Both the position numbers and the translations under genes were made by a program. Of a stretch of 64,000 bases of DNA, positions 42,473 to 53,019 are shown one piece after another. Under the pieces are notes generated by a model. It was not told the origin of the DNA. It did no database searches and saw only the letters and a list, made by a program, of their open reading frames with translations. The stretch is from Gemmatimonadota bacterium (GTDB taxonomy: Bacteria; Gemmatimonadota; Gemmatimonadetes; Palauibacterales; Palauibacteraceae). The stretch covers positions 1,171 through 65,170 of the forward strand of contig JBDHIQ010000002.1 of NCBI GenBank assembly GCA_039587395.1. Direction: 5' to 3'. The first letter of the stretch is position 1. Every line of letters starts with the position of its first letter.

Positions 42473-43197
42473 CAATCACGGCGGGCCCGACGCACGATCT
42501 CGCTCATCTCTCGCACGGCACGCTCCATCCCCACGAACACGGAACGGCTGACGACGGAGTGGCCGATGTTGAGCTCCTCGCACTCCCGGATGCGCGCCAC
42601 CGGGGTCACGTTCTCGTACGTGAGGCCGTGTCCCGCGTGCACCGCCAGGCCTAGCTGGCGCGCCAACGCCGCCGCCCGCTGCAGCCGGGCCAGCTCGTCC
42701 TGTGCCGCGACGCCCGGTGCTGCGCTGGCGTACTCGCCCGTGTGAAGCTCCACGGCCTCCGGGCCAAGTCGTGCGGCTCTGCCAATCGTGTCTTCGTCCG
42801 GATCGATGAACAGCGAGGTTCGGATGCCGGCCCCCCGCAGTCTCTCGATCGCGGCGCTGACTCTGTCCTCCGAGCCGCCGAGATCCAGGCCGCCCTCGGT
42901 GGTCACCTCTTCCCGGCGTTCCGGCACCAGCGTGGCCTGGCGTGGCGACCATGCTTCGGCCATCGCCAGGATCTCATCCTCCGCGGCCAGCTCGAGATTC
43001 ACCAGGGTGCGGACGGACTGCATCAGCAGATCTACATCCCGCTCATTGATGTGCCGTCGGTCCTCGCGCAGGTGCACCGTGATCCCGTCCGCTCCGCCAA
43101 GCTCTGCGAGCACGGCGGCCCTCACCGGATCCGGCTCGTCCGTCATGCGCGCCTGACGCACCGTGGCCACGTGGTCGAGGTTGATGTAGAGGCGCAT
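42472..43197 (-). CDS. pdxJ: pyridoxine 5'-phosphate synthase
   Basis: Start at ATG 43197 ([17 protein letters not shown]...). [19 protein letters not shown] and HAGHGL motifs. Confidence 0.95.
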   Translation of the reverse strand: MRLYINLDHVATVRQARMTDEPDPVRAAVLAELGGADGITVHLREDRRHINERDVDLLMQSVRTLVNLELAAEDEILAMAEAWSPRQATLVPERREEVTTEGGLDLGGSEDRVSAAIERLRGAGIRTSLFIDPDEDTIGRAARLGPEAVELHTGEYASAAPGVAAQDELARLQRAAALARQLGLAVHAGHGLTYENVTPVARIRECEELNIGHSVVSRSVFVGMERAVREMSEIVRRARRD

Positions 43198-43201
43198 ATC
43201 G

Positions 43202-44149
43202 CTAGCCACTGCTGTCCCCCTGTGCCTCATCCGCGTCCGTGTCGCCGAGCAGCCGCCCGATCCGGAGCGCCGTCTCGGGATTGACCCTGTCGCCGGCGGC
43301 AATCAACAGCTCCGTCGCGAGAGCACGATACAGAGAGGCAGTGCCGCGGTCGAGGGCCTCCAGGTGACCGGCGACAGTGCCATGGTCTCCGCGGACGATG
43401 GGCCCGGTCGCTCCTTCGACGATGCCCGATTGGGTCAGATTCTCGATGGCGGAGCGTGCCAACGGCAACAGGTCCTCGATGCCGACCTGCTGTTCGCTGG
43501 CTTGTTCCAACAGGCGGGCCGCGACCGCCAGCGAGGCGACCAGGAAGTTGGATCCGAACACCGCGGCCGTGTGATACAGCGCCTTGTGCTGGGGCAACAC
43601 CCGAATCCACCGCGCTCCCACCGACCGCGCCATCCAGCCGCCAAACCCCAGCGCCGCGTCGTCTCCTTCGAGGCCGATGGTCACGCCGCGAAACGCGTCG
43701 CGTCGCGGGCCGGCCAGTGCCAGGAGCGGGTGCCAGCTGCCCACGGCCGCGCCGCTGTCGCGCAGGTCGGAAAGCGCCTCAGCCGGGCGGAAACCGCTCG
43801 TGTGCAGGGCCACCTCCACGCGGACACCGTGATCCGCCAGGGCGGTTGCCCAGGAGGCGGCAACCGACGGCAGCGGGTCATCGGGTATGCTGAGCACCAG
43901 GGCCTGAACACGATCGGCCGCCGGCAGCCGGGCGGGTACCGGGTCATCCCCCGTCGAGTGATAGCCCGGCCTGGATCCCCAGACTGGAGACGGCTCGGCG
44001 GTTCGGCCGATCAGTCGCACGTCGGCAAACACACCCGACTCGACGAGTGCGATGGCCAACGACGTCCCGACACGACCACCACCCACGATCCATACAACTC
44101 CCGGCCGCACGGCTGAGGCGGAATCGCCGTGCTCGATGCCCTGGTTCAT
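43202..44149 (-). CDS. Rossmann-fold protein, DUF2520-type (putative oxidoreductase)
   Basis: [17 protein letters not shown] dinucleotide-binding N-terminus and a C-terminal helical domain ([15 protein letters not shown] ... TGPIVRGD) typical of DUF2520/ProC-like proteins. Confidence 0.6.
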   Translation of the reverse strand: MNQGIEHGDSASAVRPGVVWIVGGGRVGTSLAIALVESGVFADVRLIGRTAEPSPVWGSRPGYHSTGDDPVPARLPAADRVQALVLSIPDDPLPSVAASWATALADHGVRVEVALHTSGFRPAEALSDLRDSGAAVGSWHPLLALAGPRRDAFRGVTIGLEGDDAALGFGGWMARSVGARWIRVLPQHKALYHTAAVFGSNFLVASLAVAARLLEQASEQQVGIEDLLPLARSAIENLTQSGIVEGATGPIVRGDHGTVAGHLEALDRGTASLYRALATELLIAAGDRVNPETALRIGRLLGDTDADEAQGDSSG

Positions 44150-45549
44150 GCCGTCCCGTCCCCGGGCGCAGCATCCTCTCGCTCCACCTCGATCTCCGCG
44201 TTCCCTCGCCAGCGTCCCAGCAGCGCCTCCGGGATCCGGGCCGTCAGTACGATGCGGTCATCCAGCATCTCCCGCTGCAGCACTTCTCCCTCCTGGTATG
44301 CCTCCGCGAGAATCCGACCTTCCTCGGCCGGGAAGCTCACGTGCACCGTCGCCAGCCTGTTTCGAAGCTCGTTCTTCAGGGCCGTCTGCAGAGGCGCGAC
44401 CCCCCCCTTCTCGAGCACCGAAGTGAAGACATGCGGTCCCATGAGCGCCGCGGCCCGCGTTTGGAGCGCTTCCTCTTCCGCGTGGGTCAACCTGTCCACT
44501 TTGTGGAACGCGATCAGTGTCCGATGTCCGACCGCATCCGCCTCATGAAGCACCTCGTGGACCGCTTCCATCTGGTGTTCCCAGTCTACGGCCGAACTGT
44601 CCACCACGTGGATCAACAGATCAGCCTCCGCGACCTCCTCCAGGGTAGCCCGAAACGAGGCGACAAGGTGATGCGGCAGCTTGCGGATGAACCCGACGGT
44701 ATCGGTTAGCAGGGCCTGGTATCCATCTCCCAGGTCACAGACCCGGGTGGCCGAATCCAGGGTCGCGAACAGCCTGTCCTCGACGAACAGGTCGCTCCCC
44801 GACAACGCCCGCAGGATGCTCGACTTGCCTGCATTCGTATACCCAACCAGTGCCACTGTGAACGTCTCCCGGCGAGCCTTCCGCTGGGTTTCGCGAGATC
44901 TGGCAATGTGCTTCAGCTCTCGCCGGAGACGCGCGATGCGGCGGTCGATCAGGCGACGATCCGTCTCGATCTGTTGCTCGCCCGGACCGCGGGCGCCGAT
45001 TCCACCCTCCATGCGCGACAGGTGCGTCCACATCCTCTTGAGGCGGGGACGCATGTATTGGAGCTGCGCAAGCTCGACCTGGTGTTTAGCCTCACCCGTA
45101 CGGGCCCTGAGGGCAAAGATATCGAGGATCAACTCCGTGCGGTCCATCACCCTGATGCCCAGTTGCTTCTCCAGATTCGAGCCCTGGGCCGGGCTCAGAT
45201 CCTCGTCAAAGATCACCAGCGTGGCGTCCGACCTGTCCAGCAGATTTCGCAGCTGGTCAATCTTTCCGCGGCCGATGTACGTGCCGGGGTGCGGCGCTGC
45301 GAGCCGCTGGATCAGCGTATCGACCACCTCTGCCCCGGCCGTATCCGCCAGCCGGCCCAGCTCCGCGAGATGCTCGTTCACCTCCGGCTCCGGCATATCG
45401 AGAGGCGGGGCGCCCACCAGGATTGCGCGCTCGCCCTCGTCAGGAGTCTCCAGGAGGCGGCTGCCGGGACGCTCCTCGCTACGTCCGTGTTGCGTTCCCC
45501 TGGGCAATCTGGCCGATCCGGGGGACTCGGGTCCCCGTCCCTGCGTCAA
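44146..45549 (-). CDS. hflX: GTPase HflX
   Basis: HflX N-domain (YIGRGKIDQL, LIFDEDLSPAQ..NLE), G domain GYTNAGKSS / DTVGF / FHKVD. Start uncertain: TTG 45549 (TTGA overlap with the rarA stop) is preferred over ATG 45690, which would overlap rarA by 145 nt. Confidence 0.85.
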   Translation of the reverse strand: MTQGRGPESPGSARLPRGTQHGRSEERPGSRLLETPDEGERAILVGAPPLDMPEPEVNEHLAELGRLADTAGAEVVDTLIQRLAAPHPGTYIGRGKIDQLRNLLDRSDATLVIFDEDLSPAQGSNLEKQLGIRVMDRTELILDIFALRARTGEAKHQVELAQLQYMRPRLKRMWTHLSRMEGGIGARGPGEQQIETDRRLIDRRIARLRRELKHIARSRETQRKARRETFTVALVGYTNAGKSSILRALSGSDLFVEDRLFATLDSATRVCDLGDGYQALLTDTVGFIRKLPHHLVASFRATLEEVAEADLLIHVVDSSAVDWEHQMEAVHEVLHEADAVGHRTLIAFHKVDRLTHAEEEALQTRAAALMGPHVFTSVLEKGGVAPLQTALKNELRNRLATVHVSFPAEEGRILAEAYQEGEVLQREMLDDRIVLTARIPEALLGRWRGNAEIEVEREDAAPGDGTA

Positions 45550-47018
45550 CCGCCCACCTGCTCCCCGTTCGCGTCCGCCCCGGCGGCCTGGCCGGGCGTA
45601 TCGGACTCGGTGGCCGGGTCGGTTTCGGTGGAGGAATCGGTACGCCTGCCGCGAGCCTGGTTCACCACTGCCAGGCGCTCCCGAATCCACTTCTCCTTGC
45701 CGTGGCCGGACGGATCATAGAAGCGCTCGCCCGATAGACTGTCCGGCAGGTAGGTCTGGGGAGCGACCGCGTCCTCGTACGAGTGGTCGTAGCGGTACGA
45801 TTTTCCATACCCCAGGTCCTTCATCAGCCGGGTCGGCGCGTTTCGGAGGTGCAGTGGAACGGGCTCCGCCGGAGTCTGAGCCGCTGCTTGCCGGGCAGCA
45901 CCAAACGCGGAGTACACGCGATTCGATTTTGGGGCCGTGGCCAGGTAGAGCGCGGCTTCCGCCACGGCGAGCTCCCCCTCCGGGGATCCCAGAAAGTGAT
46001 AGGCGTCGCGAGCGGCGACGCACACACCCAGCGCTGCCGGATCAGCCAGGCCGATGTCCTCCACGGCCATTCTCACCAGCCGGCGGCACAGGTACAGCGG
46101 ATCTTCTCCACCCTCCAGCATCCGGGCCAGCCAGTACAACGTGCCGTCGGGATCAGATCCACGAACCGCCTTGTGCAACGCGGAGATCAGGTTGTAGTGC
46201 TCTTCACCGGATTTGTCGTAGCGGGAGTACCTCTTCTGCAAAGCCTCGCGTACGCAGGCCGTGTCGATGCGTCCGTCAACGGCCAGCTCCGATGCCGTCT
46301 CGAGCGCGTTCAGCGCGCGCCTCGCGTCTCCGTCCGCCTGCTCGGACAGCACGGCCAGCGCGTTGGGAGTAATCTCGAGCCCGCGGCCACCCAGGCCTCG
46401 CTCGCCGTCCTCCAGGGCGCGGGAGCAGATGGTCGCAATCGACTCGGGTGTCAGCGCCTCGAGGACGAACACTCGGGTTCGGCTGAGCAACGGTCCAACG
46501 ACCTCGAAGCTGGGATTCTCTGTGGTTGCGCCAATCAATGTGACCGTGCCGCGCTCCACATGCGGGAGAAGCGCGTCCTGCTGCGCCTTGTTGAAGCGAT
46601 GGATCTCGTCTACGAAGAGGATCGTATCTCGTCCGGCTGCCGCCTTGCGTTCGGTGGCTTCGGCGATGATACGACGCACGCGTGGAATGCCCTCTGTGAC
46701 CGCGCTGAACGGGACAAACGCCGAGTCCGTGCTGTGGGCAAGGACGCTCGCGAGCGTGGTCTTCCCGGAGCCGGGAGGACCCCAGAGGATGAGACTGGGA
46801 ACCCGATCCTTCCGGATCAGCTCGCGGAGTGCGCTGCCCGACCCGACGACGGCGTCCTGGCCGACAAACCCCTCCAGCGATCGCGGCCGCACCCGGGCGG
46901 CCAGCGGCGCCCCCGCATCCTGAACCTCGAGCCCCTGGTCCCCCCACCGGCGAGAGCGATCCCCGCCGGCGCTCGGTTCGCCATCCACGGCCGGGAAGAG
47001 GCTCGGCTCGTTCTTCAT
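45546..47018 (-). CDS. rarA: replication-associated recombination protein A (MgsA/RarA AAA+ ATPase)
   Basis: Walker A GPPGSGKTTLA, ILFVDEIHRFNKAQQDALLP, C-terminal MgsA domain (HYNLISALHKAVRGSD). ATG 47018 overlaps the cca stop (ATGA). Confidence 0.9.
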   Translation of the reverse strand: MKNEPSLFPAVDGEPSAGGDRSRRWGDQGLEVQDAGAPLAARVRPRSLEGFVGQDAVVGSGSALRELIRKDRVPSLILWGPPGSGKTTLASVLAHSTDSAFVPFSAVTEGIPRVRRIIAEATERKAAAGRDTILFVDEIHRFNKAQQDALLPHVERGTVTLIGATTENPSFEVVGPLLSRTRVFVLEALTPESIATICSRALEDGERGLGGRGLEITPNALAVLSEQADGDARRALNALETASELAVDGRIDTACVREALQKRYSRYDKSGEEHYNLISALHKAVRGSDPDGTLYWLARMLEGGEDPLYLCRRLVRMAVEDIGLADPAALGVCVAARDAYHFLGSPEGELAVAEAALYLATAPKSNRVYSAFGAARQAAAQTPAEPVPLHLRNAPTRLMKDLGYGKSYRYDHSYEDAVAPQTYLPDSLSGERFYDPSGHGKEKWIRERLAVVNQARGRRTDSSTETDPATESDTPGQAAGADANGEQVGG

Positions 47019-48367
47019 GACAGCTCGCCGGGCCACTCCGGGCCTGTCTGCCCCAGTCCGCCGATAGAGATGAGCTCCCTGGCCCGTTCGAGAAGGTCAT
47101 CCCGCCGGTTGAGACCCGGGTCCTCCAGCACCTCGGCGTGTAGCTCATCCAGCAGGATTCCAATGGCCGGTCCCTGCCCGACCCCCAGTGCCAGCAGATC
47201 CTCTCCGCTGATGGCCAGGTCGCCGATGCTAAGCGGCGGGGACTCCAGCCATTCGTCGTGGACCTTGCGCCAGACAGCCACCAGGAAGCGTGCCTGTTCG
47301 GACGCGTGGTTTGCCCGGCACTCCGCCGCGTGGAGACGAAACAGGTCCCATGCCACAGCCGGACCGACCTCCGCCAGCCAGCGCCGTACCTCCGCAGACG
47401 AGTCAACCGGACTCAGCAGAATGGGATAGTGCCGGAGCCTGTCCGCCACTCCCCGCGTGTCAGCCGTGGAAAACTTGAGCCGCGTCGTGAGGGCGCGACC
47501 GAGGGCTTCCCTCTCCTCCGGATCATCGGCCATCGGAATGAGCCAGCGAACCAGTCGCAGATTCGTTCGCCATCTGGGGATGGCGTCCACGGCGGCGAGA
47601 TTGAGCTCCCAGCGCGGATCGCCTGCTGCGATGCCGGACAGCTCCGGGTACCACTCGCTCAGCGCATTCGCGTCCGCGTACAGGTGGAGTGCCGCAGACG
47701 GCCGTGCATCGGCCAGCACTTTGGCCAACTCCTCGCGTACTCGCTCAGCGGACAGGCGGCCCAGCTGGGGGACCGCCGCCTCGAGAGCCTCGCGCGTCGC
47801 GGGCTCGATCTCCAGGCTGAACCGGCCGGCAAACCGCAGACCGCGTAGGACGCGCAGGTAATCCTCCGCGAACCTGTCCGCCGGCTGGCCGACGGCGCGC
47901 AGGATGCCGTTCCGCAGGTCTCCCTGTCCGGCGAACGGGTCGCGCAGCTCATCCGTGGCGGGCCTCCAGGCCAGCGCGTTGATTGTGAAGTCGCGGCGGG
48001 CCAGGTCTTCCTCGATCGAGTCCGCAAACTCGACTACGGCGTGCCGGCCATCAGTCTCCACGTCCCGCCGGAATGTGGTCACTTCGTACATCGCGCCGTC
48101 CGATGCCAGGACGCCGACAGTGCCATGCTCTATTCCGAGGGGGACCGTGCGCCCGAATACGCGTCGCACATCGGGGGGGCGGGCGTCTGTAGCCACGTCC
48201 CAGTCCGCGCCCGGGTGGTTGCCCCGTTGGTCGCCCACGAGCTCGTCACGCAGCGCGCCACCCACGGCCCATGCCTCGAAGCCGCGGCTTTCCAGCGCGC
48301 GAGTAATCTCGAGCACCGCCGGCGGAGGGCCGAAGGAGATGTCAGTGACTATCCCGTCGTCACGCAT
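47015..48367 (-). CDS. cca: CCA tRNA nucleotidyltransferase (poly(A) polymerase head-domain family)
   Basis: WAVGGALRDELVG ... DWDVAT nucleotidyltransferase motif, then RRDFTINALA. Confidence 0.85.
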   Translation of the reverse strand: MRDDGIVTDISFGPPPAVLEITRALESRGFEAWAVGGALRDELVGDQRGNHPGADWDVATDARPPDVRRVFGRTVPLGIEHGTVGVLASDGAMYEVTTFRRDVETDGRHAVVEFADSIEEDLARRDFTINALAWRPATDELRDPFAGQGDLRNGILRAVGQPADRFAEDYLRVLRGLRFAGRFSLEIEPATREALEAAVPQLGRLSAERVREELAKVLADARPSAALHLYADANALSEWYPELSGIAAGDPRWELNLAAVDAIPRWRTNLRLVRWLIPMADDPEEREALGRALTTRLKFSTADTRGVADRLRHYPILLSPVDSSAEVRRWLAEVGPAVAWDLFRLHAAECRANHASEQARFLVAVWRKVHDEWLESPPLSIGDLAISGEDLLALGVGQGPAIGILLDELHAEVLEDPGLNRRDDLLERARELISIGGLGQTGPEWPGELS

Positions 48368-48385
48368 GGGCGCTGCCGTCCCGGC

Positions 48386-49213
48386 TCAGCCACACAACAC
48401 GCTGCCGCCGTTCACGTTTACAATCTCGCCGGTGAGATGGCGGGCCAGATCGCTCAACAGAAACACTATCGGGCCCGCGACATCCTCTGCAGCGGCCACT
48501 CGCCCCAGGGGGATGCCTCCGAGGATGGCGTCGAGGTCCGCGGCCCCGAGGGCCGGGGCCGCCATGTCGGTATCGACCCAACCCGGGGCTACGGCATTGA
48601 CCGTGATGTCGTGCGGGCCAAGCTCCGGAGCCAGCGACTTGCAGAAGGAGTTGATGGCGCCCTTGGAAGCTGCATAGTGGCTGTGGTTGGCCTCCCCTCG
48701 CTGCGCGGCGGTGGAGGACAACAGCACGATCCGGCCGCCGCGATCCATTCGCTGCACTGCGGCGCGTGTGGTCAGAAAGATGGACGTCAGGTTCACCTCC
48801 ATCATCTCTGCCCACTCCTCCGGATCCAGCTCCTGGATCGGGCGGTCGTGAGCATTCCAGATGCCGGCGTTGCCGACAAATCCGTCCAGCCCGCCGAATT
48901 CCCGGTCCACGCGCTCGAACAGCCTCTCCACATCGGAGGCCCGCGACAGGTCTCCCGCCTCGGCCCAGAAGTCGGCAGCCGTGCCCTCCAGTCCCTCAAG
49001 CCCGTCAGGGCTCCGTGCGACCGCCGCGCCCCGCGCCTCCTGCACTGCCGCTGCGGCTTCTTCATGGGCCTGCCGATACGCGATCCCGACCCGGGCTCCC
49101 GCCCTGGCCAGCAGGATCACGGCAGCCCGGCCGATGCCGCGCGATCCTCCCGTCACGAGGATCCGGCGGCCCTCCAGACCAGGCAAGCTGATAGGACTGC
49201 CGGGAAGGCTCAT
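48386..49213 (-). CDS. SDR family oxidoreductase (FabG-like)
   Basis: Start at ATG 49213 (MSLPGSP...). TGGSRGIGRA cofactor motif, NAGI, catalytic YAASKGA. Overlaps the upstream stop (ATGA). Confidence 0.85.
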   Translation of the reverse strand: MSLPGSPISLPGLEGRRILVTGGSRGIGRAAVILLARAGARVGIAYRQAHEEAAAAVQEARGAAVARSPDGLEGLEGTAADFWAEAGDLSRASDVERLFERVDREFGGLDGFVGNAGIWNAHDRPIQELDPEEWAEMMEVNLTSIFLTTRAAVQRMDRGGRIVLLSSTAAQRGEANHSHYAASKGAINSFCKSLAPELGPHDITVNAVAPGWVDTDMAAPALGAADLDAILGGIPLGRVAAAEDVAGPIVFLLSDLARHLTGEIVNVNGGSVLCG

Positions 49214-49545
49214 TCCGTGCCGCCCGTCTGCGAGAGCCTTCCGCCGAGCAGTCCAAACGGCCCGACCCGGTCGGCCAGCGCACGTGCATCTTCGCCAAGC
49301 TCGGCCGCGGCCTCGAATGCGTAGGTCAACGTCGCGTCGGCGGCGAGCAGGGAGAGAGCCACGGCCCGGGTCGGCTCGCGTGTGACGACCGAGTCCAACT
49401 CGGCTAACGCGGCCCGCGCCAGCGCCTGGCCCACACCCTCGTCCTGGCGCTGCGGATGGCCCGCCACGACTGCGCGGATGGCCTGATCCAGTTCGTCGGG
49501 CACCTCGCCAAGCCGGATCTCCAGCCACTCCAGCGCCGCGGTCAT
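49210..49545 (-). CDS. hypothetical helical protein
   Basis: 111 aa ORF packed between alaS and the SDR gene with coupled junctions. No family recognised. Confidence 0.5.
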   Translation of the reverse strand: MTAALEWLEIRLGEVPDELDQAIRAVVAGHPQRQDEGVGQALARAALAELDSVVTREPTRAVALSLLAADATLTYAFEAAAELGEDARALADRVGPFGLLGGRLSQTGGTE

Positions 49546-49556
49546 GTCTTGTCGGC

Positions 49557-52241
49557 TCAGTCCGCCGTGGCGGGATCGCCACCGGCGCCGTGGGCTGGAG
49601 GCAGCTTCTCATCAGCCCACGCTCTGGCCAGCCGGATCGCCTCCTGGACCTGCGAACCGTCTCCCACGCCGCCCTGCGCGAAGTGAGGCTTCCCTCCTCC
49701 GCCCGATCCGGTCGTCTTGCTGGCCACCCGAACCAGGTCCCCCGCCTTCAGTCCCCGACCGATCAGGTCGTCGGTGACGACCGACAGGAAGGCCTGTTTC
49801 GCGTCCCCGGGCGTCGCCACGTGCAGCAGCGCGGCGCCGGAACGCAACCGGTCGCGAAGTCCATCTCCGAACTCGCCGAAATCCGCTCCGTCGGGCAACT
49901 CGACGGCGGTAAACAGGTAGCGGCTACCACCAATCTCCTCCGAACGATTCTCCAGGAGGTCGTCCACCAGAACATCCGTGGTCTCTCCGCGGCGCCCGGC
50001 CGCCTCATGGGCCAGGCGGTCTCGCTCTTCCAGCAGCCTGTGCACCCGTCTGTCCAGCTCGGCCGGTGGCACCCGCAACGCATCCGAAAGCCCGGAGATC
50101 AGCCGATCTCTCTCGAGCACCCACTCATACGCCGGCTTCCCCGTGATGGCCTCCACACGCCGTACACCGGCCGCAACGCCGGTCTCCGAGACGATCTTGA
50201 ACAACCCGATCTGGCCCGTCGTACGCACGTGCGTGCCACCGCACAGCTCCAGGCTGACGCCGGGAACGTGAATGGTCCGCACAACGTCGCCGTATTTCTC
50301 GCCGAACAGCGCCATGGCGCCGGCATCCAACGCTTCCCTGTACGGGCGGTGCGTGGCCTCGACCGGCGTATTGTCCAGTATTGCGCCGTTGACGGCGGAT
50401 TCCACGGCCTGACGCTCCTCCGGGGTCAGCGGGCCGCGATGGCTGAAGTCGAAGCGCAGGTGATCCGGCGCCACCAGTGAGCCCGCCTGATGGACGTGAT
50501 CTCCCAGCTGGGAGCGCAGAGCCGCGTGCAGCAGGTGCGTAGCCGTGTGGTGCCGCTCGGTCTCACGACGGGCGTTGCCGTCCACCGCGGCGCGGACCAC
50601 CTCGGGCACCTCCGGCAGCTGCCCGTCCACGTGCCCCGCCAGAATCGTCACGCCACGTTCGTCTTTGAGCACCTGCTCCACGCGAAGTCGCCAGCCGTCC
50701 CCTTCGACCACGCCGGCATCGCTCACCTGCCCACCGGCTTCAGCGTAGAACGGGTTGTCCGCCAGCACTACGGCGCCCATGCCGTCGAGGCGGCCCGCTT
50801 CCAGAACCGGGGTCCGCACCTCCAGGCTGTCGTAGCCTACGAAGGCCTGCTCCGCCGGATCCCGGTCGACGGAGGTCGGGGTCAGCGCCAGCTCGGCCGA
50901 GCCAACTGCCACCACTTCGCCCCGCGCCTCTCGAGACCTGGCCCGTTGCCGTTCCATAGCGTTGCGGAAGCCATCCACGTCCACGTCATAGCCGCGCTCG
51001 CGAGCCATCAGCTCGGTCAGGTCGGCCGGGAAACCGTACGTGTCGTAGAGCTTGAACGCCTCGTCGCCGGCTATCGCGCCGGATCCTCCCCGGGGCGCGA
51101 TCTCGTCGAACCGCCGCATCCCCTCATCGATCGTTGCGAGGAAGCGCTCCTCCTCGGCCCGGGTGGTGCTCAACAAGTGGTCGCGGCGTGCCTTCAGCTC
51201 CGGATAGACGTCCGACATCATCTCCACGACGATGTCCACAAGACGGTCCAGGGTCGGTTCCTGGCGGCCCATCAGCCAGGCGTGGCGAACGGCCCGCCGC
51301 AGGATGCGGCGCAATACGTAGCCCCGCTTCTCGTTGGAGGGGAAGACACCGTCAGCAAGCAGGAACGCGACCGCGCGGGCGTGGTCCGCCAGCACCCGGA
51401 ACGGCATCCCTTCTTCCCAGCGACCCGGTTCACGGGGATACTCGCGTCCCAGCAGCCGCTCGGCTTCCTCGATGAGCGGCATGAAGAGGTCGGTATGGTA
51501 ATTCGTACGCTGGTCCTGCAGGATCGCGGCGATGCGCTCGAGTCCGGCGCCCGTGTCGATCGAGGGGGCCGGCAGCGGTTGGTCGCCCGTCTCGGAGCGG
51601 TCGAACTGCATGAAGACCAGGTTCCAGATCTCCATGAACTGGTCCGCCTCACCCGCTGCGATGAACGCTTCCGGCTCCAGGCTGCCGCCGCGCTCGCTAT
51701 CCGGCCTCACGTCGTAGTGGATTTCGGAGCACGGTCCGCACGGCCCCGTCTCACCCATCTGCCAGAAGTTCTCCTTGTCGCCCAGGCGCAGGACCCGCTC
51801 CGGCGGGATCTCGCTGGCCTCGAGCCACAGATCGTACGCCTCGTCATCGCTGTGGTGCACCGTGGCCCACAGCCGGTCCGGCTCCAGACCGAGGTCTGCG
51901 GTTACCCACTCCCAACCGTAGTGAATCGCTTCGGCCTTGAAGTAGTCTCCGAACGAGAAGTTGCCCAGCATCTCGAAGAACGTGTGATGGCGCGCCGTGA
52001 GACCCACCTCCTCCAGGTCGTTGTGCTTTCCGCTCACCCGCAGGCACTTCTGTACCGTCACCGCGCTGGGTGCAGGCCGGTCCACTTCTCCCTGGAAGAC
52101 GCGCTTGAACTGGACCATCCCCGCATTCGAGAACATCAGGGTGGGGTCGTCCTCGGGCACGAGCGAGCTACTGGGAAGGTGAAGGTGCCCGTTACGCGCA
52201 AAATACTGTATGAACCGAGCTCGGACTTCTGCTGCTTTCAT
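49557..52241 (-). CDS. alaS: alanine--tRNA ligase
   Basis: 894 aa. FSNAGMVQFK, class II core, editing-domain HTATHLLH, C-terminal DHHA1-like domain. Confidence 0.97.
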   Translation of the reverse strand: MKAAEVRARFIQYFARNGHLHLPSSSLVPEDDPTLMFSNAGMVQFKRVFQGEVDRPAPSAVTVQKCLRVSGKHNDLEEVGLTARHHTFFEMLGNFSFGDYFKAEAIHYGWEWVTADLGLEPDRLWATVHHSDDEAYDLWLEASEIPPERVLRLGDKENFWQMGETGPCGPCSEIHYDVRPDSERGGSLEPEAFIAAGEADQFMEIWNLVFMQFDRSETGDQPLPAPSIDTGAGLERIAAILQDQRTNYHTDLFMPLIEEAERLLGREYPREPGRWEEGMPFRVLADHARAVAFLLADGVFPSNEKRGYVLRRILRRAVRHAWLMGRQEPTLDRLVDIVVEMMSDVYPELKARRDHLLSTTRAEEERFLATIDEGMRRFDEIAPRGGSGAIAGDEAFKLYDTYGFPADLTELMARERGYDVDVDGFRNAMERQRARSREARGEVVAVGSAELALTPTSVDRDPAEQAFVGYDSLEVRTPVLEAGRLDGMGAVVLADNPFYAEAGGQVSDAGVVEGDGWRLRVEQVLKDERGVTILAGHVDGQLPEVPEVVRAAVDGNARRETERHHTATHLLHAALRSQLGDHVHQAGSLVAPDHLRFDFSHRGPLTPEERQAVESAVNGAILDNTPVEATHRPYREALDAGAMALFGEKYGDVVRTIHVPGVSLELCGGTHVRTTGQIGLFKIVSETGVAAGVRRVEAITGKPAYEWVLERDRLISGLSDALRVPPAELDRRVHRLLEERDRLAHEAAGRRGETTDVLVDDLLENRSEEIGGSRYLFTAVELPDGADFGEFGDGLRDRLRSGAALLHVATPGDAKQAFLSVVTDDLIGRGLKAGDLVRVASKTTGSGGGGKPHFAQGGVGDGSQVQEAIRLARAWADEKLPPAHGAGGDPATAD

Positions 52242-52317
52242 CCCGTCGAATGCTCTTCCGGTATCGCGTTTATGATCTGGCGGTCCGAGGCGTCATCATC
52301 CGTGCCGCCCATGTCCG

Positions 52318-52980
52318 TCACTCGAAGTCGGACGCTGCCTCTCTCAACACCTCTTCCAGGGCAGCAGCCGCCTCTTCGCGGCGAAACCCCCGCCGGTCCA
52401 GATAGCCGTACAGCCGCCGCCTGACTGTCTCCTCGTCTCGAGTTCCCGGCGCGCCCAGCGAGTTGAATCCCCGTCTGGCCGCACGCAACGCGAGCTCGGG
52501 CTCGCTCACCCGTTCGTCGGCCAGCGCCTGGTCTATTCCGGCGCGGGCATGCTCCGAGCGGACGCCGCGTCTTCTGAGCTCGAGCTCGATCAAAACGGGG
52601 GCGCGTGGGCGAAGCCGAATGCGATCCCGGGCAAACGCTGCTGCGAACTCCCGATCGTCGATGTACCCCTGCCTCGCGCAGCGGTCCAGCGTAGAGACGA
52701 CAGCCGGATCCCCATACCCCCTGGAGCGCAGGTGGCGTTCCACCTCGAAACGGCTGCGCGGACGGTAAGAAAGGTAACGCAGGGCTCGATCCAGTGCTTC
52801 CCGGGATTCGGCCTCAGCCTGCAGGCTGGCGACCTCGGCGTCGGAAAGCTCGCAGTCCACCGCGAGCCCATCCCGGTCTGCCAGGCGTAGGGGTAGCCGG
52901 AACCGAAAAGCGCCGTCCAGGTGCAGGTCACACCAACCCGAACGACGCTTGCTGGGCTTGAGCCCGGTAATCCTCGGCAT
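52318..52980 (-). CDS. recX: recombination regulator RecX
   Basis: Three-repeat helical protein (ALRYLSYRPRSRFEVERHLRSRGY...) directly downstream of recA. Confidence 0.85.
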   Translation of the reverse strand: MPRITGLKPSKRRSGWCDLHLDGAFRFRLPLRLADRDGLAVDCELSDAEVASLQAEAESREALDRALRYLSYRPRSRFEVERHLRSRGYGDPAVVSTLDRCARQGYIDDREFAAAFARDRIRLRPRAPVLIELELRRRGVRSEHARAGIDQALADERVSEPELALRAARRGFNSLGAPGTRDEETVRRRLYGYLDRRGFRREEAAAALEEVLREAASDFE

Positions 52981-53019
52981 CCGACGGTCCGGAAACGAAC
53001 CGGCGCTAGAGGCAGCGCA

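Noticed and set aside
40580-42475. 631 aa ORF that looks like a single large protein
   Set aside because: It is a chimera. A genuine UPF0104 N-terminus is followed by about 250 codons of Arg-rich out-of-frame read-through, and then by genuine IspE. It was split into a frame-broken UPF0104 gene and ispE (GTG 41494).
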